Virus record (IMG/VR): IMGVR_UViG_3300042558_004148
Location: 1 to 64,000 of that record
Strand: one strand, 5' to 3'
DNA: 64,000 nucleotides
The stretch's first letter is position 1; each line of letters opens with the position of its first letter. Shown piece after piece: positions 1-8,736 of this stretch. The notes under the pieces were generated by a model. The model searched no databases. It had not been told where the DNA came from and saw nothing but the letters and a program-made list of their open reading frames with translations. The position numbers and the translations under genes are program-made.

Positions 1-2
1 CT

Positions 3-848
3 TCAGGTACTGATGGAACTTCAGGTACCGATGGAACAAGCGGAACAAGTGGTACCGATGGAACTTCTGGAACAAGTGGTACTGATGGAACTTCTGGAAC
101 AAGTGGTACTGATGGAACTTCAGGTACTGATGGAACAAGCGGAACTTCAGGTACTGATGGAACTTCTGGAACAAGTGGTACTGACGGAACAAGCGGAACA
201 AGTGGTACCGATGGAACTTCTGGAACAAGTGGTACTGATGGAACAAGTGGTACTGATGGAACAAGTGGTACTGATGGAACAAGCGGAACAAGTGGTACCG
301 ATGGAACTTCTGGAACAAGTGGTACTGATGGAACAAGTGGTACCAATGGAACTTCTGGAACATCAGGTACTGATGGAACAAGCGGAACAAGTGGTACTGA
401 TGGAACTTCTGGAACAAGTGGTACTGATGGAACTTCTGGAACAAGTGGTACTGATGGAACTTCAGGTACCGATGGAACAAGTGGTACCGATGGAACTTCT
501 GGAACAAGTGGTACTAATGGAACTTCTGGAACAAGTGGTACTGATGGAACCTCAGGAACTGATGGAACATCTGGAACCTCAGGAACTGATGGAACCTCAG
601 GAACTGATGGAACAAGTGGTACTGATGGAACAAGTGGTACTGATGGAACAAGTGGTACTGATGGAACAAGTGGTACTGATGGAACAAGTGGTACTGATGG
701 AACAAGTGGTACCGATGGAACAAGTGGTACCGATGGAACAAGTGGTACTAACGGTACATCGGGAACTGATGGAACTAATGGAACATCAGGTACTAACGGA
801 TCTTCAGGTACTAACGGAACATCAGGAACAGCTGGAACTAGCGGCGTA
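3..848 (+). repeat. Collagen-like Gly-X-Y block 1 (GTS/GTD-dominated)
   Basis: Tandem GGAACTTCA/GGTACTGAT/GGAACAAGT 9-mers encoding GTS-GTD; GTN appears only from about 745. Confidence 0.95.
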
Positions 849-3800
849 GATGGAATATCATCAGGTCAAATATATTTTTTCAATGAAAGTATTAATTCGG
901 ACGTTTCAGGTTACAAAGAATTAAGTTTAAATCCAACATCTACGGGTCAAGTAACGGTAACTACAAATTTAACAGGTAGTCAAACTGGTGCTTTAGTTCA
1001 AGATTTTATGACACCTGAATTAGGATTTTCAATAATACCTGGTGGTGTACAAAGATTTAAGTTATATTATTTACTACCTGCGGTAAACGCTGATGTTGAA
1101 GGGTATGTTGAAATCCAATTGGCTGATTCATCGGGGTCTTTAATGGGACCTACAATAACTTCTAATGTTAGTGCATTGCCTTATGTTGACCCAACTAATC
1201 CGGGATTACTTGAGGTTGATATAGTATTACCTACAACATCAATATCCACAACTGATAGAATGGCGATAAGACTTTATCTTAATAATTTAGATTCGACAAG
1301 TCGTAGTGTTGTATTTTATACTGAAGGTAATGCTAACTATTCATATATAATAACATCAGTTGGTCAAATCGCTGGTACATCAGGAACTTCAGGTACTAAC
1401 GGATCATCGGGATCAAACGGAACTTCAGGTACTAACGGTACTGACGGAACATCGGGAACTAATGGAACTTCAGGTACTAACGGTACTAATGGAACATCAG
1501 GTACTAACGGAACTAATGGAACTTCAGGTACTAACGGAACTAGTGGAACGGATGGTACGTCAGGAACTAATGGTACGTCAGGTACAAACGGAACCAATGG
1601 AACATCAGGAACCAATGGAACATCAGGAACCAATGGAACATCAGGAACAAACGGAACCAATGGTACCTCAGGTACTGACGGAACTTCAGGGACTGATGGA
1701 GGTAATTTAACAGCATCTAATTACGTTGCTAAAGGAGTTAAAGGAGGTACCATTCAAACAATAACAAATGGAAGTGACCAAGTTGTAACATTTGTTGATG
1801 AGTTTGACCCTAATGGTTGGATAACATCCAATAAATTCCAACCAAACATTGAAGGGTATTATATTATTCAAGTTTCGGTATGGTGGTATCCTGCGTCAAC
1901 AGTATCAGGGCAAAATAATATCCAACTTAGAAAAAATGGTAGTACACAAGTTGCGATTCAACAATTTCCACTTGTTACTACTGAAGGGTACGGTCAAGAA
2001 ATTGATATTATAGTATATTTTAATGGTTCTACTGATTATATCGAGGTTACTGCTTACACCTCTAATCCAACATCGCAAGACATACACGGTGAGAGTTCAG
2101 GTACTTGGATTACCGGATCATTAGTTGTTGGTGGCGGAACTTCAGGTACTGATGGAACTTCAGGTACTAATGGAACCAACGGAACATCAGGAACCAATGG
2201 AACCAATGGAACCAATGGTACTTCAGGTACTGACGGAACTTCAGGAACCAATGGAACATCAGGTACTAACGGAACATCAGGTACTAATGGATCCTCAGGA
2301 ACCAATGGAACATCAGGTACTAACGGTACTAACGGAACCTCAGGTACTAATGGATCCTCAGGAACCAATGGAACATCGGGTACTAACGGTACTGACGGAA
2401 CATCAGGTACTAACGGAACCTCAGGTACTAATGGATCCTCAGGTACTAACGGTACTGACGGAACATCAGGAGCCAATGGAACTTCAGGTACTAACGGTAC
2501 TAACGGAACCTCAGGTACTAACGGAACATCAGGTACTAACGGAACATCAGGAACTAACGGAACATCGGGTACTAACGGTACCAATGGAACATCAGGTACT
2601 AATGGATCCTCAGGTACTAACGGAACATCAGGAACCAATGGAACATCAGGTACTAACGGTACTAATGGAACATCAGGTACTAATGGAACATCAGGAACCA
2701 ATGGAACATCAGGAACCAATGGTACTGACGGAACATCAGGAACCAATGGAACATCAGGTACTAATGGATCCTCAGGTACTAACGGTACTAATGGAACATC
2801 AGGTACTAATGGAACATCAGGAACTAATGGAACCAACGGAACATCAGGTACTAATGGATCCTCAGGAACCAATGGAACATCAGGTACTAACGGTACTAAT
2901 GGAACATCTGGTACTAATGGATCCTCAGGAACCAATGGAACATCAGGTACTAACGGTACTAATGGAACATCTGGTACTAATGGATCCTCAGGAACCAATG
3001 GATCCTCAGGAACCAATGGAACATCAGGTACTAATGGAACCAACGGAACATCGGGTACTAATGGATCCTCAGGAACTAATGGAACATCAGGTACTAATGG
3101 AACCAACGGAACATCGGGTACTAATGGATCCTCAGGAACTAATGGAACATCAGGTACTAACGGTACTAATGGAACATCAGGAACCAACGGAACTAATGGA
3201 ACTTCAGGTACTAATGGAACTTCAGGTACTAATGGAACTTCAGGAACCAATGGAACTTCAGGAACTAACGGAACCAATGGAACTTCAGGAACCAATGGAA
3301 CATCAGGTACTAATGGAACTTCAGGAACCAATGGAACCAATGGAACTTCAGGTACTAACGGAACTTCAGGAACTAATGGAACCTCAGGAACCAACGGAAC
3401 TAATGGAACTTCAGGAACCAACGGAACTAATGGAACTTCAGGAACCAATGGAACTTCAGGAACCAATGGAACTAATGGAACCTCGGGTACTAACGGAACT
3501 TCGGGAACCAATGGAACCAATGGAACTTCAGGTACTAACGGAACTTCGGGAACCAATGGAACCAATGGAACTTCAGGTACTAACGGAACTTCAGGAACTA
3601 ATGGAACCTCAGGAACCAACGGAACTAATGGAACTTCAGGAACCAACGGAACCAATGGAACTTCAGGTGCTAACGGAACTTCAGGTACTAACGGTACTAA
3701 TGGATCTTCAGGTACTAATGGAACATCGGGTGTAAGCGGATTAAACGGTACTAATGGAACATCAGGTACTAATGGTACTAACGGAACATCGGGTACTAAC

Positions 3801-5582
3801 GGAACATCGGGTACTAACGGAACATCGGGTACTAACGGAACTAATGGAACTTCAGGAACTAATGGGACATCAGGTACTAACGGTACTAATGGAACTTCAG
3901 GAACTAATGGGACATCAGGTACTAACGGTACTAATGGAACTTCAGGAACCAATGGGACATCAGGTACTAATGGAACTTCAGGTACTAATGGAACTTCAGG
4001 TACTAATGGAACTTCAGGTACTAATGGAACATCAGGTATCAATGGTGTAGATGGTGCATCTGGAACATCGGGAACTAATGGAACTAATGGAACTTCAGGT
4101 ACTAACGGTAGTCCAGGTAGTCCAGGTAGCCCAGGAACATCTGGTACTAACGGTACTAACGGAACCTCAGGTACTAATGGAACTTCAGGTACTAACGGTA
4201 GTCCAGGTAGTCCAGGTAGCCCAGGAACATCAGGTACTAATGGTACTTCAGGTACTAGTAGTGGTGGTGCAGCTGCAGTTATTGTATTAGGTGGCGGTAT
4301 TTGTTCATCAATTAGATGTGGTGCGAATAACCAGGCAACTGCAAATTACAGTGCAGCCCTAAGCGGTAGATGCAATTCTTCAGGAGCTGCTTTTTCAGTA
4401 ATCAGTGGAGGTTGCTATAATCGAACAACTAACCTATCCTGTAATTCAGTAATCGGTGGAGGCCTTGTTAACTATATTAGCTCCTGTTATTCAACAATTG
4501 GTGGTGGTTGTCTTAACAGAGTTTGTATTCCAAGAGCTACCATTTCGGGAGGGTTATGTAACCTTATAACTGGTGCTTGCTCAACTATTGGTGGTGGATT
4601 TGATAATTCCATAGCTAGTCGTAGGGCAACTATCGGTGGAGGTAATACCAATAGTGCTGCAGGTGATTCAGATCTTGCAACAATTGGTGGTGGATGTGGA
4701 AATGAGATAGGTAGTTGTGGTATAGCTGCTGTGATTTCAGGAGGATATCAAAATTCCGTGGACGCTGGTTATTCAGCAATCGGAGGGGGAGCTTCAAATC
4801 AGATTGGTTCTGCTAGCCATAAATTTATCGGAGGAGGAAAGGGCAACTTTGTAACTAAAAACACAGGATGCTCCTCAGTTGTTGGAGGACAGGATAATGC
4901 CATTGATGGTGATGCCATAAGATCATTTATTGGAGGTGGATATGGAAATATTATCACTGGTTATGCTTGTCTTAGTTCGATCGCTGGTGGAAGGCAGAAT
5001 GCAATATATCAGGGTGCTTGCCATTCTTTTATCGGGGGCGGAAGATATCATAAAATTCGAAGTGGTTCATGTTATAGCTCCATAGGAGGTGGTTTTAATA
5101 ATGATACAGCAGGTTGCTATAATGTGCATATGTTAGGAAGTAATCTTACTGCTAATCAAAATAACGCAACATTTGTCCAATATATTGTTAAAACTGGTGG
5201 TGGTACTTTTAGTATTGACCACCCAAACCCTAAATTAAGTGATGAATTGAGATTAAATCACTCTTTTGTTGAATCACCAACAGCAGGGGATAATATTTAT
5301 AGATTTAATATTGTAGTTGTTAACGGGGAAGCAATAATTGACTTACCAGATTATTTCAAATATCTAAATAAAGACGCTCAAGTTTGGATAACACCTAAAA
5401 ATGGATTTGGAATTGCTTATGGTGTTATAGACGACACGTATTCAAAGATAACAATTAAGGCAAATCTTGATATAGAATATGATGTACTTGTTATAGGTAC
5501 AAGGAAAGATAAGAATACTAAATTCTGGAAAGGCGCTGAAACACCACAACCCAAAAGAACTGAAACCCCGCAATCAGAATAA
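3..5582 (+). CDS. Giant collagen-like tail or virion fibre protein, 5'-truncated by the window edge (at least about 1,860 aa)
   Basis: Frame 3 is open from base 3 through the listed ATG at 1008 (...GTSGVDGISSGQIYFFNESINSDVSGYKELSLNPTSTG...VQDF-MTPELG), so 1008 is an internal Met. Order: three G-T-[S/D/N] triplet blocks separated by globular domains, a GG beta-roll repeat, then a C-terminal FSIDHP...HSFVESP...IDLPDYF domain of the kind seen at phage fibre ends. Confidence 0.85.
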   Translation, partial: SGTDGTSGTDGTSGTSGTDGTSGTSGTDGTSGTSGTDGTSGTDGTSGTSGTDGTSGTSGTDGTSGTSGTDGTSGTSGTDGTSGTDGTSGTDGTSGTSGTDGTSGTSGTDGTSGTNGTSGTSGTDGTSGTSGTDGTSGTSGTDGTSGTSGTDGTSGTDGTSGTDGTSGTSGTNGTSGTSGTDGTSGTDGTSGTSGTDGTSGTDGTSGTDGTSGTDGTSGTDGTSGTDGTSGTDGTSGTDGTSGTDGTSGTNGTSGTDGTNGTSGTNGSSGTNGTSGTAGTSGVDGISSGQIYFFNESINSDVSGYKELSLNPTSTGQVTVTTNLTGSQTGALVQDFMTPELGFSIIPGGVQRFKLYYLLPAVNADVEGYVEIQLADSSGSLMGPTITSNVSALPYVDPTNPGLLEVDIVLPTTSISTTDRMAIRLYLNNLDSTSRSVVFYTEGNANYSYIITSVGQIAGTSGTSGTNGSSGSNGTSGTNGTDGTSGTNGTSGTNGTNGTSGTNGTNGTSGTNGTSGTDGTSGTNGTSGTNGTNGTSGTNGTSGTNGTSGTNGTNGTSGTDGTSGTDGGNLTASNYVAKGVKGGTIQTITNGSDQVVTFVDEFDPNGWITSNKFQPNIEGYYIIQVSVWWYPASTVSGQNNIQLRKNGSTQVAIQQFPLVTTEGYGQEIDIIVYFNGSTDYIEVTAYTSNPTSQDIHGESSGTWITGSLVVGGGTSGTDGTSGTNGTNGTSGTNGTNGTNGTSGTDGTSGTNGTSGTNGTSGTNGSSGTNGTSGTNGTNGTSGTNGSSGTNGTSGTNGTDGTSGTNGTSGTNGSSGTNGTDGTSGANGTSGTNGTNGTSGTNGTSGTNGTSGTNGTSGTNGTNGTSGTNGSSGTNGTSGTNGTSGTNGTNGTSGTNGTSGTNGTSGTNGTDGTSGTNGTSGTNGSSGTNGTNGTSGTNGTSGTNGTNGTSGTNGSSGTNGTSGTNGTNGTSGTNGSSGTNGTSGTNGTNGTSGTNGSSGTNGSSGTNGTSGTNGTNGTSGTNGSSGTNGTSGTNGTNGTSGTNGSSGTNGTSGTNGTNGTSGTNGTNGTSGTNGTSGTNGTSGTNGTSGTNGTNGTSGTNGTSGTNGTSGTNGTNGTSGTNGTSGTNGTSGTNGTNGTSGTNGTNGTSGTNGTSGTNGTNGTSGTNGTSGTNGTNGTSGTNGTSGTNGTNGTSGTNGTSGTNGTSGTNGTNGTSGTNGTNGTSGANGTSGTNGTNGSSGTNGTSGVSGLNGTNGTSGTNGTNGTSGTNGTSGTNGTSGTNGTNGTSGTNGTSGTNGTNGTSGTNGTSGTNGTNGTSGTNGTSGTNGTSGTNGTSGTNGTSGTNGTSGINGVDGASGTSGTNGTNGTSGTNGSPGSPGSPGTSGTNGTNGTSGTNGTSGTNGSPGSPGSPGTSGTNGTSGTSSGGAAAVIVLGGGICSSIRCGANNQATANYSAALSGRCNSSGAAFSVISGGCYNRTTNLSCNSVIGGGLVNYISSCYSTIGGGCLNRVCIPRATISGGLCNLITGACSTIGGGFDNSIASRRATIGGGNTNSAAGDSDLATIGGGCGNEIGSCGIAAVISGGYQNSVDAGYSAIGGGASNQIGSASHKFIGGGKGNFVTKNTGCSSVVGGQDNAIDGDAIRSFIGGGYGNIITGYACLSSIAGGRQNAIYQGACHSFIGGGRYHKIRSGSCYSSIGGGFNNDTAGCYNVHMLGSNLTANQNNATFVQYIVKTGGGTFSIDHPNPKLSDELRLNHSFVESPTAGDNIYRFNIVVVNGEAIIDLPDYFKYLNKDAQVWITPKNGFGIAYGVIDDTYSKITIKANLDIEYDVLVIGTRKDKNTKFWKGAETPQPKRTETPQSE
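1374..1700 (+). repeat. Collagen-like Gly-X-Y block 2 (GTS/GTN)
   Basis: GTSGTSGTNGSSGSNGTSGTNGTD... in the fibre frame. Confidence 0.95.
1713..2127 (+). other. C1q/TNF-like (BclA C-terminal-like) trimerisation domain inside the fibre
   Basis: Beta-rich ~140 aa between collagen blocks with the pattern F-x-P-x3-GYY-x-I...IQLRKNG...IVYFNGSTDYIEV...TWITGSLV, typical of C1q-like jelly rolls. Confidence 0.65.
2136..4259 (+). repeat. Collagen-like Gly-X-Y block 3 (~700 aa, GTS/GTN, two GSP inserts)
   Basis: About 2.1 kb of near-uninterrupted Gly every third residue; GSPGSPGSPG occurs twice near 4110 and 4200. Confidence 0.95.
4350..5115 (+). repeat. Cys-rich ~15-17 aa GG beta-roll repeats (adhesin-head-like)
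   Basis: About 15 repeats of [SA]-[TVF]-I-[GS]-G-G-x2-N, e.g. SVISGGCYN, STIGGGCLN, ATISGGLCN, SFIGGGYGN. Confidence 0.8.
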
Positions 5583-5589
5583 ATAATTT

Positions 5590-5617
5590 GAAATTTTTTT
5601 CATCAATCGCAGTATAA
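5590..5617 (+). promoter_or_regulatory. Candidate middle (ECF-type) promoter GAAAT-N18-TATAA
   Basis: Same motif and spacing recur upstream of several non-structural genes (34335, 41476, 45611, 46543, 59518). Confidence 0.45.
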
Positions 5618-5634
5618 TAATAAAAACATCTCGA

Positions 5635-6456
5635 TTGATGAAAAAAATAATATTCAACTCATCATTACCTAGATCTGGATCAACACTTTGGCAAAATATA
5701 ATTGCACAAAATCCTGATTTCTATTGCACTCCCACTTCGGGACTTGCTGACATGGTGCTTTCCTCCAAGAACGCTTATAATAATTCGCAAGCTGTTTTAG
5801 CTCAGGATCCGGAGGTCATGAAGAAAGCTTTCATAGGATATTGTATGGCAGGAATTCAGGGATATTTTAATGACATAACGGACAAACCATTTGTACTCGA
5901 AAAAAGTAGGGAATGGGGAGTAAATTACGGACTTCTTAATATGCTCCAGCACGAACCCAAGGTTGTCTGTATGGTTAGGGATCTTAGATCCGTATATTCA
6001 TCAATGGAGAAGAATTTTAGAAAAAACCCACATCGCGAGAATCATGTGCAGAATGTTCCGGAATTGGTCGGTACAACTCTCAGAAAAAGAATAGATATTT
6101 GGGCTGATGGTGTACCTGTTGGTGTTTCTGTTGATAGATTGAGAGATATAATAGATCAGGGAATAGATAAAAATATACTTTTTATTAGATACGAGGACCT
6201 TATGAGCGATCCAGAATCAGAGGTTAAAAGATTCTACGACTATATAGGGATTGACTATTATCCAGGACATAATTTTAAAACAATCGAGCAGGTAACACAT
6301 GAAAATGATTTAATTCATGGAATATACGGTGATCATAAATTAAGAACCGAATTTAAAAGACTACCTGATGATTATGAGGAGATATTAGGATTTGAGCTTT
6401 CTCAGGCAATCAAGAATACCTATGGATGGTTCTATGATTATTTTGAATATGTGTAA
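5635..6456 (+). CDS. PAPS-dependent sulfotransferase
   Basis: N-terminal 5'-PSB loop SSLPRSGSTL; 3'-PB-like MVRDLRSVYSS; IRYEDL motif. Confidence 0.85.
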   Translation: MMKKIIFNSSLPRSGSTLWQNIIAQNPDFYCTPTSGLADMVLSSKNAYNNSQAVLAQDPEVMKKAFIGYCMAGIQGYFNDITDKPFVLEKSREWGVNYGLLNMLQHEPKVVCMVRDLRSVYSSMEKNFRKNPHRENHVQNVPELVGTTLRKRIDIWADGVPVGVSVDRLRDIIDQGIDKNILFIRYEDLMSDPESEVKRFYDYIGIDYYPGHNFKTIEQVTHENDLIHGIYGDHKLRTEFKRLPDDYEEILGFELSQAIKNTYGWFYDYFEYV

Positions 6457-6485
6457 TAAATAATCGATAATTAATTTTTATAATA

Positions 6486-6935
6486 ATGGCAATTTATATA
6501 CTAACCGGTCAACCTCATTCAGGAAAAACAACCCTCGCTAATCATTTAAAAAATTCTTTGGATAAATCTTTCGTTATAGATGGTGACGATCTGAGGGAAA
6601 TACTGAATAATAAGGATTATTCTGAAGCGGGAAGAAGAAAGAACATAGAGACAGCTCATTCGATAGCTAAATACTTATCTAGGCAGGACGTTAATAACAA
6701 TATAATAATATCATTGGTTAGCCCGTATAAAGATCTTAGAGACAGTCTAAAATGCGAAAATGGAGCTGTCGAATTTTATATACATACTTCTGAAATAAGG
6801 GGAAGAGAATCTTTTCATGTAGCAGAATATCAAAAACCTACTGAAGATTTTACTGATATTGACACTACTGGAATATCAGAAACTGAATCACTAAAACAAA
6901 TATTATGGAAAATTGGTCAAAAAAAGTCCATGTAA
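6486..6935 (+). CDS. cysC: Adenylyl-sulfate (APS) kinase, compact form
   Basis: P-loop LTGQPHSGKTT; IDGDDLR; RRKNI; SLVSPY; YQKP. Confidence 0.85.
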   Translation: MAIYILTGQPHSGKTTLANHLKNSLDKSFVIDGDDLREILNNKDYSEAGRRKNIETAHSIAKYLSRQDVNNNIIISLVSPYKDLRDSLKCENGAVEFYIHTSEIRGRESFHVAEYQKPTEDFTDIDTTGISETESLKQILWKIGQKKSM

Positions 6936-7309
6936 AATCATCACTGCAGCCTAAAGATAGTCAATATGCTATGTTTATTGGTAGATGGCAACCACTTCAT
7001 CCAGGTCACAAAGCTATGTTTCAACAAGCTATAAACGATGGTAAGAAGGTATTAATTGCAATCAGAGATATTGAGCCAGATGAAAAAAATCCTTGGACTC
7101 CCAACGAAGTTATGCTTAATATACATTCCGAGATTAGAGATCTAGTTAGTGAAAGGCTAGCAAAGATCATAATAATTCCAGATATATGCTCAGTTGAATT
7201 TGGTAGAGGTGTTGGTTACGATATAATCGAACATATCCCACCAACTGAAATAGCCAATATATCAGCAACTGCGGTTAGAGAGGAATTAAGGAAAGAAGGA
7301 AAATTATAA
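6905..7309 (+). CDS. HxGH (cytidylyltransferase-like) nucleotidyltransferase
   Basis: FIGRWQPLHPGH and ISATAVR signature motifs; overlaps the APS kinase by 31 nt in the -1 frame. Confidence 0.8.
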   Translation: MENWSKKVHVKSSLQPKDSQYAMFIGRWQPLHPGHKAMFQQAINDGKKVLIAIRDIEPDEKNPWTPNEVMLNIHSEIRDLVSERLAKIIIIPDICSVEFGRGVGYDIIEHIPPTEIANISATAVREELRKEGKL

Positions 7310-7563
7310 TGGAAACTAATCAGGAAATTCTAAAAAAGTCAGATAGAAAAGAAAATAGATCTAATATGATAAGACACATATTAAAAACACTTTCTTATAG
7401 AATATTAGGCACGATGACAACTGTAATTACTGCATATATGTTAGGAGCTTCGGTAGAATTAGCATCATTACTAGGTATGGGAGAGATTGTTTTCAAGCCT
7501 ATTATATATTTTTTGCATGAGAGAATTTGGTATAAATTCATCAGGATAGGATCAAAAAAATAA
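7309..7563 (+). CDS. DUF2061-like small membrane protein
   Basis: RHILKTLSYRILGT...IYFLHERIW pattern with two hydrophobic stretches; ATG overlaps the upstream stop. Confidence 0.75.
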   Translation: METNQEILKKSDRKENRSNMIRHILKTLSYRILGTMTTVITAYMLGASVELASLLGMGEIVFKPIIYFLHERIWYKFIRIGSKK

Positions 7564-7567
7564 GCAC

Positions 7568-8443
7568 ATGAATATAATATTGGAGGTTTCTGGTGGATTG
7601 GGTAAAAGCTTTATGTCCACCGCTGTAGTAAAAGCTTTACGTAAACAGTATACTAGAGATAACATAATAGTGGTAACATCATATCCCGATGTTTTTAAAG
7701 GTAATAATAATGTTAATAGAATTATTACCCACGCAAATGCGGGTCCAATTTATAGGGATTTTATTAACAACAAGGAAGCTAAAGTATTTATTACCGATCC
7801 ATACACAACCTCCGATTTTATAACGGAAAAAAAACATCTTATCGAGATATGGTGCGATTTGTGTGGTGTCCCTTATGATGGGGAACTGCCTGAATTATTT
7901 ATAAGTAAATCTGAAAGACAATATTATGAGCAGTTTTATAAATTAGATAAGCCTATAATGGCTATACATCCGAATGGTGGAAGCATAGAGCAACCTCTAA
8001 AATATAGCTGGACCCGAGATATTCCGCAACCAATAATTGAGAATATTATAGAGCACTATAAAGATGATTATTCCGTGGTACATATAAGAAGGGAAGATCA
8101 ATTTCAATATGATAACACAATTTCTGCATTGGATAATTTTAGAAGCATTGCAATTATGCTGACCCTTTCAGAAAAAAGACTTCTTATAGACTCATCTGCG
8201 ATGCATATAGCATCTTCCCTGGGTTTACCGTCAACAGTTGCCTGGATCGGAACAAATCCCAAAGTTTTTGGCTATAATATACATGATAATATAATTGCTA
8301 ATCCACATACGGAAAAGCACGATATATCGAATAATTACTATCAGAAATATATGTTATTTGAGGATATCAGTAGAATACCATATTCCGATATGAATGACAT
8401 TTTTAATATTAGCGATATTATAGATAGCATAAATAAACAATAA
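7568..8443 (+). CDS. GT9-like (ADP-heptose-type) glycosyltransferase
   Basis: SGGLGK...TAVVKALRK N-terminus; LLIDSSAMHIASSLGLPSTVAW C-terminal GT-B motif. Confidence 0.7.
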   Translation: MNIILEVSGGLGKSFMSTAVVKALRKQYTRDNIIVVTSYPDVFKGNNNVNRIITHANAGPIYRDFINNKEAKVFITDPYTTSDFITEKKHLIEIWCDLCGVPYDGELPELFISKSERQYYEQFYKLDKPIMAIHPNGGSIEQPLKYSWTRDIPQPIIENIIEHYKDDYSVVHIRREDQFQYDNTISALDNFRSIAIMLTLSEKRLLIDSSAMHIASSLGLPSTVAWIGTNPKVFGYNIHDNIIANPHTEKHDISNNYYQKYMLFEDISRIPYSDMNDIFNISDIIDSINKQ

Positions 8444-8454
8444 AAATAAAAAAT

Positions 8455-8730
8455 ATGGAAAATGAATTAAAATTACCTGAAGATCTAATTTTAGAAATTC
8501 AAAATCTGAAAGAGGTTTTGATGGATAATATAATTAAAGTGGGTAGATTAAGTGTACAGAAATCCTTTTACGAGAAGGACCTTTCCGCTATAAACAACGA
8601 ATTAGAATCCTTACATAACGAAGCTTCTGACATATATGCTAGGGAGGAAGCTTTGCAGGAGAAGGTAGTCGGTAAATACGGTAAAGGTAAACTCGATTTT
8701 GAGACTGGATTATTTACGAAGGATATGTAA
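8455..8730 (+). CDS. Small acidic coiled-coil hypothetical protein
   Basis: Clean ORF with A-rich leader inside the operon; heptad-like helix. Confidence 0.6.
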   Translation: MENELKLPEDLILEIQNLKEVLMDNIIKVGRLSVQKSFYEKDLSAINNELESLHNEASDIYAREEALQEKVVGKYGKGKLDFETGLFTKDM

Positions 8731-8736
8731 TTCCTT

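Noticed and set aside
1008-1010. ATG 1008 as the fibre start
   Set aside because: The frame is open upstream to the window edge and there is no separate leader.
1-4259. Repeat region as a CRISPR array or non-coding satellite
   Set aside because: No constant repeat with unique spacers; variation is at third codon positions, which indicates protein coding.
13-4290. Long alternative-frame and antisense ORFs (MELQVLMEQ..., VPLVPDVP..., FHQYHL...)
   Set aside because: These are shadows of the stop-free 9-nt Gly-Thr-X repeat. Only frame +3 continues into the globular domains.
5200-5582. Peptidase S74 intramolecular chaperone at the fibre C-terminus
   Set aside because: The S-D-x-R-x-K autocleavage motif is absent; the domain is left unnamed.
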